DNA of 64,000 bases from Polyangiales bacterium (GTDB taxonomy: Bacteria; Myxococcota_A; Polyangia; Polyangiales; Ga0077539): NCBI GenBank assembly GCA_044229975.1, contig JBGARZ010000005.1, positions 160,001 through 224,000 of the forward strand, written 5' to 3'. Below are positions 59,525 to 64,000 of this stretch, piece by piece; position 1 is the first letter of the stretch; every line of letters begins with the position of its first letter. Position numbers and translations under genes: made by a program. Under the pieces are notes generated by a model. It was not told the origin of the DNA, did no database searches, and saw only the letters and a program-made list of their open reading frames with translations.

Positions 59525-62500
59525 TCAACCGATGTTGATCTTGGTGCCCTTGATCTTCACGCCGCTCTTGGCCATCTCCAGCTTTGTCGACGAGCCAGGG
59601 ATCAGCCACGCGCCGTCGCTCTCGTTCAGGCCCAGACGGTTGCCCTTGTTTTCGAGCGCGATGAGGTGACCCGTGTCGAGCAGGATGTTGCCGTCCTCGT
59701 GGATGATCAGCTTCGCCTTCGGGTCTTCCGTCGCCGACCCCGCGAGGCCCAGCGAGATCTCCTTGTCCTTCAGCTGGAGCACGTACTTCCCGATCTGTAG
59801 CCGGATGTGGCCGCCGTCCTTGGCGTGCACCTCCACCTTCCCGTCCTTGTCGGCGCTTAGATAAAACGGCGTGTCCTGCGCGAGCGTCGGCTTGTCCCCA
59901 TCGGGGCTCTTGCCCGCCACCTGCAACACCGTCTTGTCCGTCGCCAGCGTGTGCAGGAGATCGGTCGCGTGCTGCTTCGCCTCGGCGAAGCCGCCGCCGA
60001 GGTCGCCATCGTTCTTCTTGCGACCGGTGGCCGCGCTCTCCAGCGCGCCGACGCGCACCGTCTTGCCAAGCACCTCCGCGGTGGCCTGCCGCGAGGCCAG
60101 CACCGTCGGCCCCTTGGAGGTGAGCTCCGCGCCCTTCAAGCCCTCCAGCCACAGGTGCTTCTCCGAGAGAAACTCCCCCATGTCCTGCGTGCGGAAGGCG
60201 ATCTCCTTCGCCGTCTGCGCGCGGAACCCACCCTTGTCGGTGTCGAGGTCGACGCCCGCCGCCGCGTAGAGGTGGATCTTCTTCGACGAGCCCACCTCCA
60301 CGTTGTCCGCCGCCGACAGAAACAGCTTCCCAGAGCCTGCCCCCGCCAGGAGGTTCATCGCGACGTTGTCGAGCGCCGCGGCCAGCGCGTTGAGCATCTT
60401 GCTCACCATCTTGCACAGGCCCTGGAGCGCCCCGAGCGCCTCGGCCGCCCCCGCGGTGAGGCCCTGCATCGCCGCGAGCGCCTCCTTCATCGAGACGTGA
60501 CCGTCGCCGTCGGCGTCGAGCTTCGCGTCCTTCGCCTTCTGGGCGAGCTCCGCGAGCTTGTCCATGTGCGGCTGGGCCTTGGCGTACTCCTCCTTGCACG
60601 TCGCCACGAAGCGCTCGCCCTCGTCGAGCATCTGGTTGGTCGTCGTGATGAACTGCTGACCGTCCTTCTGCCAGTCGAGCTCCTTGATCTTGCGCTCGCT
60701 CGGGTCGCCCTTCGCGTCGGTCGCCGATTGCTTCGACAGGAAGTGCTTGTTGGCCGCGTCGGTGACGTCCTTCATGGCCTTGCCGATCTTCGGCGCGTAG
60801 GCCGGACTCCCCAGCTTGTTGGCCACCGCCCCCAGCAGCCCGCTCGCCGGACCGCCGCCGCCCGCGGACTTCAATGCCGAGTCCATCGCCCCGGTCACCT
60901 TGCTCGCCGCGCCCGTCACCGCGCCGGCCGCACCACGCGCCGCGCCGACGGCTCCGCCCACCGCGTTCTGCGCCGCGCCGACAGCATTCTGCGCCGCACC
61001 GACTGCCCCACCGACGGCGTTCTGCGCCGCACCCACTGCCCCACCGACGGCGTTCTGCGCGGCACCGACTGCGCCACCGACAGCGTTCTGCGCGGCACCG
61101 ACGGCGTTCTGCGCCGCGCCCGCCACGTTGGTCACGCCGCCCACCGCGCTCGCCACGGTCGAGGGCAATCCGCCGATGCCACCGGCCGCCGCCCTGGTCA
61201 CGCCCTGCGCCGCGCTCGACACCGCGTCGCCGACGCCCTTCGCCGCGTTGGTCACGCCGCTCACCGCGCCTTGCGCCGCGTTGGCCACGCCGCTCGCCGC
61301 GCTCGTCACCTGGTTCACCGCGCCCTGCGCTGCGTTGGAGACGCTCTGCGCCGCGCTCGTCACCTGGTTCACCGCGCCGCGCGCCGCGCTGGCCACGCCG
61401 CTCGCCACACCCTGCGCCTGGTTGACGACGCCTTGAGCCATCGAGCGCGCTTCGTTGACCGCGCCCATCGCCTGACCCGCCACGCCCTGCGCCGTGCTCG
61501 CGGCGCTCTGCGCCATGCCCCGCGCCGTGTCGAGGGCGCCACCCGCGGCGCTCCTCGCGCGGCTGGCCGCGTCCTGCGCCTGCTCGATGAGCGACGTCCC
61601 CGGGATCTGATCGACCCCGAGCCCCACCGGCCGCGCCAGCACGTCGTCGAGCGAGGGCAGCTCACCCGGCAACACGTCGGGCAACCCCGCCAGCGCACCA
61701 CCACCGAGCGCGCCCGCCACGTCGGGCATCGCCGCCGACGGAAACGCCGCCAGCAGATCGGCGCCGCCCGGCAGTCCCCCAGCGCCGAGCCCGAGCGCTC
61801 CGTCCATCACCCCGCGCGCGCTCTCGGCCGCGTTGAGCATCATCCCCGTCCACGGCGCGGCCGTCGACATGTTGCTCCAGAACGAGTCGATCGACGCCTC
61901 GACCTTGTCGGAGTTCTTCTTCAGCCACTCGTTGGCCTTCTTGGCCTTGGCCTCGGCCTCCTTCAGCTTCGCCTCGATCTTCCCGACCTTGCCCTTCAGC
62001 TCCTGGATCTTGTTGGCCGCCTTGTGCAGCGCGAGCCCGAGGAGCTGCCAGATGGTCACCTCCGGCACGGGCAGCATCGGGAGCCCCAGGTCGCGGCGGC
62101 TCTTGCTCAGCGACACCGTGCTCTTCAGCACGAAGTTCAAGCTGTCGCTCGTGTGGTCGAGAATCTGGTCGTGCAGCTTGGAGTGATCGAACACCGGGGG
62201 CTTCAGCGCCGCCCCCGACGTCGGGATCATGATCCCCTTCACGAACTCCGACGGCAGCGTGGTGGTGCCCGCGCCGATCATGATCGCCTCGCCCGACGTC
62301 ACGCTGATGCGCTTGAGCGCGCTCGCGTCCCACTGCTGCGAGAACTGCGTCCACTTCGCGCCGCCCTGCTGGGTCACATCACCGGTGCCCTGAAACACCG
62401 TCGTCCCACCGACGTTGGAGAAGTGGTTCGCGGCCGTACCAACCGAGAAGCCCGGATAACCGAAGGCCGCACCGATGTCGGCAATACCGGGGTTCTTCAC

Positions 62501-62845
62501 CCACTCACCGAGGTTGAGCTTCGTGTCTGGACTCGGAACCGCCATCAAGCGGTACTGCATCGGCCCCGTGGGCTTCGCGTCGGCCACCTGCTTGTGGTCG
62601 GTCTGGAAGTACCCCGCGATGCGCGACCCGATCTTCTGCATCCCGGTGCCCAGCTTCACCTGGGCCTCCTTCGCGGCCCTCTTCTCCGCCGCGGTGGGAG
62701 CCTTCGCCGCGGGCTTGGCGTCGCCCTTGGCCTTGGCCGCGTCGGGCGTGCTCGGCGGCAAGCCCTTCGGCGGGTCGGCCTTGCCCTGCGTGGCCGCGGC
62801 GACCGAGTAGTCCTTCGTCGGAACGGGCTTCTGTTCGTTGCTCAT
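59525..62845 (-). CDS. VgrG-associated spike-like protein (gp5/DUF2345-like strands with a large Ala/Gly repeat insert)
   Basis: Short beta-strand repeats at both ends, C-terminal TKLEMAKSGVKIKGTKINIG, GAAQNAVG tandem repeats and an EF-hand-like DADGDGHVSMKE. Confidence 0.7.
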   Translation of the reverse strand: MSNEQKPVPTKDYSVAAATQGKADPPKGLPPSTPDAAKAKGDAKPAAKAPTAAEKRAAKEAQVKLGTGMQKIGSRIAGYFQTDHKQVADAKPTGPMQYRLMAVPSPDTKLNLGEWVKNPGIADIGAAFGYPGFSVGTAANHFSNVGGTTVFQGTGDVTQQGGAKWTQFSQQWDASALKRISVTSGEAIMIGAGTTTLPSEFVKGIMIPTSGAALKPPVFDHSKLHDQILDHTSDSLNFVLKSTVSLSKSRRDLGLPMLPVPEVTIWQLLGLALHKAANKIQELKGKVGKIEAKLKEAEAKAKKANEWLKKNSDKVEASIDSFWSNMSTAAPWTGMMLNAAESARGVMDGALGLGAGGLPGGADLLAAFPSAAMPDVAGALGGGALAGLPDVLPGELPSLDDVLARPVGLGVDQIPGTSLIEQAQDAASRARSAAGGALDTARGMAQSAASTAQGVAGQAMGAVNEARSMAQGVVNQAQGVASGVASAARGAVNQVTSAAQSVSNAAQGAVNQVTSAASGVANAAQGAVSGVTNAAKGVGDAVSSAAQGVTRAAAGGIGGLPSTVASAVGGVTNVAGAAQNAVGAAQNAVGGAVGAAQNAVGGAVGAAQNAVGGAVGAAQNAVGAAQNAVGGAVGAARGAAGAVTGAASKVTGAMDSALKSAGGGGPASGLLGAVANKLGSPAYAPKIGKAMKDVTDAANKHFLSKQSATDAKGDPSERKIKELDWQKDGQQFITTTNQMLDEGERFVATCKEEYAKAQPHMDKLAELAQKAKDAKLDADGDGHVSMKEALAAMQGLTAGAAEALGALQGLCKMVSKMLNALAAALDNVAMNLLAGAGSGKLFLSAADNVEVGSSKKIHLYAAAGVDLDTDKGGFRAQTAKEIAFRTQDMGEFLSEKHLWLEGLKGAELTSKGPTVLASRQATAEVLGKTVRVGALESAATGRKKNDGDLGGGFAEAKQHATDLLHTLATDKTVLQVAGKSPDGDKPTLAQDTPFYLSADKDGKVEVHAKDGGHIRLQIGKYVLQLKDKEISLGLAGSATEDPKAKLIIHEDGNILLDTGHLIALENKGNRLGLNESDGAWLIPGSSTKLEMAKSGVKIKGTKINIG

Positions 62846-62858
62846 CGGTCTTCAGCCC

Positions 62859-64000
62859 TCACGCGTCGTCGTTGGTGTAGTCGACCACGCGGTTGCGGGT
62901 CTTGAAGCCACCCAGCGTCGCGTTGCGCGCCGTGATGGGCGTGATCTGATCGAAGTTCGGAACCGACCCCACGATGATCGGCCGATCGGGGTCGCCGTTG
63001 AGGTGCACCAGCAGCACCTCGGCGCCCTCGTGCAGCGGGTGATGCATCCCGTAGCCCGGCCCCGAGAAGGTCTGCACCATGCGAAAGCGCTTGAGCGTCA
63101 CGCTCGCGGCCGCCTTGCCCTCCACCATCGGCACATCCAACACGAGATGGTACTGCCCGTGGTCGTCGAGGTCGGCGGCCGAGCCCTTCACGCGATCGGC
63201 CACCTTCGCCGACAGCACGCCCGCCACCACCGGACGCGGCGTCACCCGCGGCGGGCGGTAGGTCACGTTCATGTTCTTGAGCACCAGCGACGCGACGAAG
63301 TCCTCGTTGGTGCCGCCGTCCCCGAGCGACACGCCCTCCTGCGTCACCGTGAAGCGCGCCTCGGTGACGTAGTAGCGGTGGCGCTTGTCGGCGCGCTCGT
63401 CGACCCACACGAGGTCGGGGTCGAAGTGGTTCTCCAGCGTGAGGATCATCCCCGAGAAGAGACCCAGCACCGTCGACTCGACGCGCAGGTCTTCCCGCTG
63501 CGCCGCGAGCTCCTGCGCGCGCACCTTGGCGAGCCGCTCGACCTGCGGCAGCACGTCGTCGGGCGGCGCGGGCTCCAGCGACGAGTACTCCTTGGCGGGC
63601 AGGTACTCGACGCGCGTTCCGATGCCGGAGTCGATGACCTCGGCGTTGGCGTGGGCGTCCATGGAGGCGCGCTTGTAGTCGTGGTCGACCACCGCGACGG
63701 TGCGCGGCAGCGCGCGAAACACCCGGTTGACGCTCTTGAAGCACGGCACCTTGTCGAGCACCCCGAGCCGCGGGTCGTAGCGGATGTGCTCGAAGCGCGT
63801 GTCGTCATCGGACTCCGCAAAGGCCTTCAGCGTCAGGTAGTCCTGCAACGCTTCGTTGTTGTCCGCAAAGACCACCCGCTCCAACGAGCTGGTCTGCTCG
63901 AAGAAGAAGAAGATCCCTTCGTGCTCGCAGAGCCGACACAGGAAGTCGAAATCGCTCTCCTGGTACTGGAGCAGGTACTCCCGCTTCATGTGCTCGCCGA
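62859..64000 (-). CDS. vgrG: Type VI secretion tip protein VgrG (5' part outside the window)
   Basis: REYLLQYQESDFDFLCRLCEHEGIFFFF, YRPPRVTPRP, and OB-fold GMHHPLHEGAEVLLVHLNGDPDRPIIVGSVPN. Confidence 0.93.
   Translation of the reverse strand, partial: GEHMKREYLLQYQESDFDFLCRLCEHEGIFFFFEQTSSLERVVFADNNEALQDYLTLKAFAESDDDTRFEHIRYDPRLGVLDKVPCFKSVNRVFRALPRTVAVVDHDYKRASMDAHANAEVIDSGIGTRVEYLPAKEYSSLEPAPPDDVLPQVERLAKVRAQELAAQREDLRVESTVLGLFSGMILTLENHFDPDLVWVDERADKRHRYYVTEARFTVTQEGVSLGDGGTNEDFVASLVLKNMNVTYRPPRVTPRPVVAGVLSAKVADRVKGSAADLDDHGQYHLVLDVPMVEGKAAASVTLKRFRMVQTFSGPGYGMHHPLHEGAEVLLVHLNGDPDRPIIVGSVPNFDQITPITARNATLGGFKTRNRVVDYTNDDA

Overview
A high-GC, gene-dense bacterial window. The gene content (Ser/Thr kinase plus PEGA proteins, Cys-rich lipoproteins, FHA-GGDEF, MglA-like GTPase, DUF3540) suggests a myxobacterium or related Deltaproteobacterium; this assignment is inference. 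About 54 CDS are supported. Housekeeping genes (rimO, yajQ, folE, tatA, speA, YfhL-type ferredoxin, PPTase, CoA-transferase, GH13 amylase) are interspersed with accessory modules. (1) A sigma54-linked G-protein cassette at 31.2-36.5 kb: kinase, NtrC-type activator, candidate enhancer repeats, a -24/-12 promoter, a roadblock-like protein, a REC-DUF4388-roadblock fusion and an MglA-like GTPase. It is followed by a divergent SecY-like protein flanked by a Zn ribbon and a DUF2007-like domain. (2) An ABC-ATPase plus TOPRIM-like pair (PARIS/RloAB-like defence candidate) whose ATPase has a low-GC core. (3) An atypical Hsp70 near a 1598-aa protein carrying an SSUH2-like DnaJ-type Zn-finger module, then a TPR protein and a small alarmone hydrolase. 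(4) A VgrG that stops right after its OB-fold, followed by a separate 1106-aa spike-like protein with an EF-hand and low-complexity insert, and a DUF3540-like gene. Non-coding or cryptic features include a lipoprotein gene split by one in-frame TGA, a REP/REPIN-like repeat in three copies, and two 21/42-bp periodic intergenic arrays. No tRNA, rRNA, canonical CRISPR array or transposase was seen. All family calls come from motif recognition by eye, not database searches.
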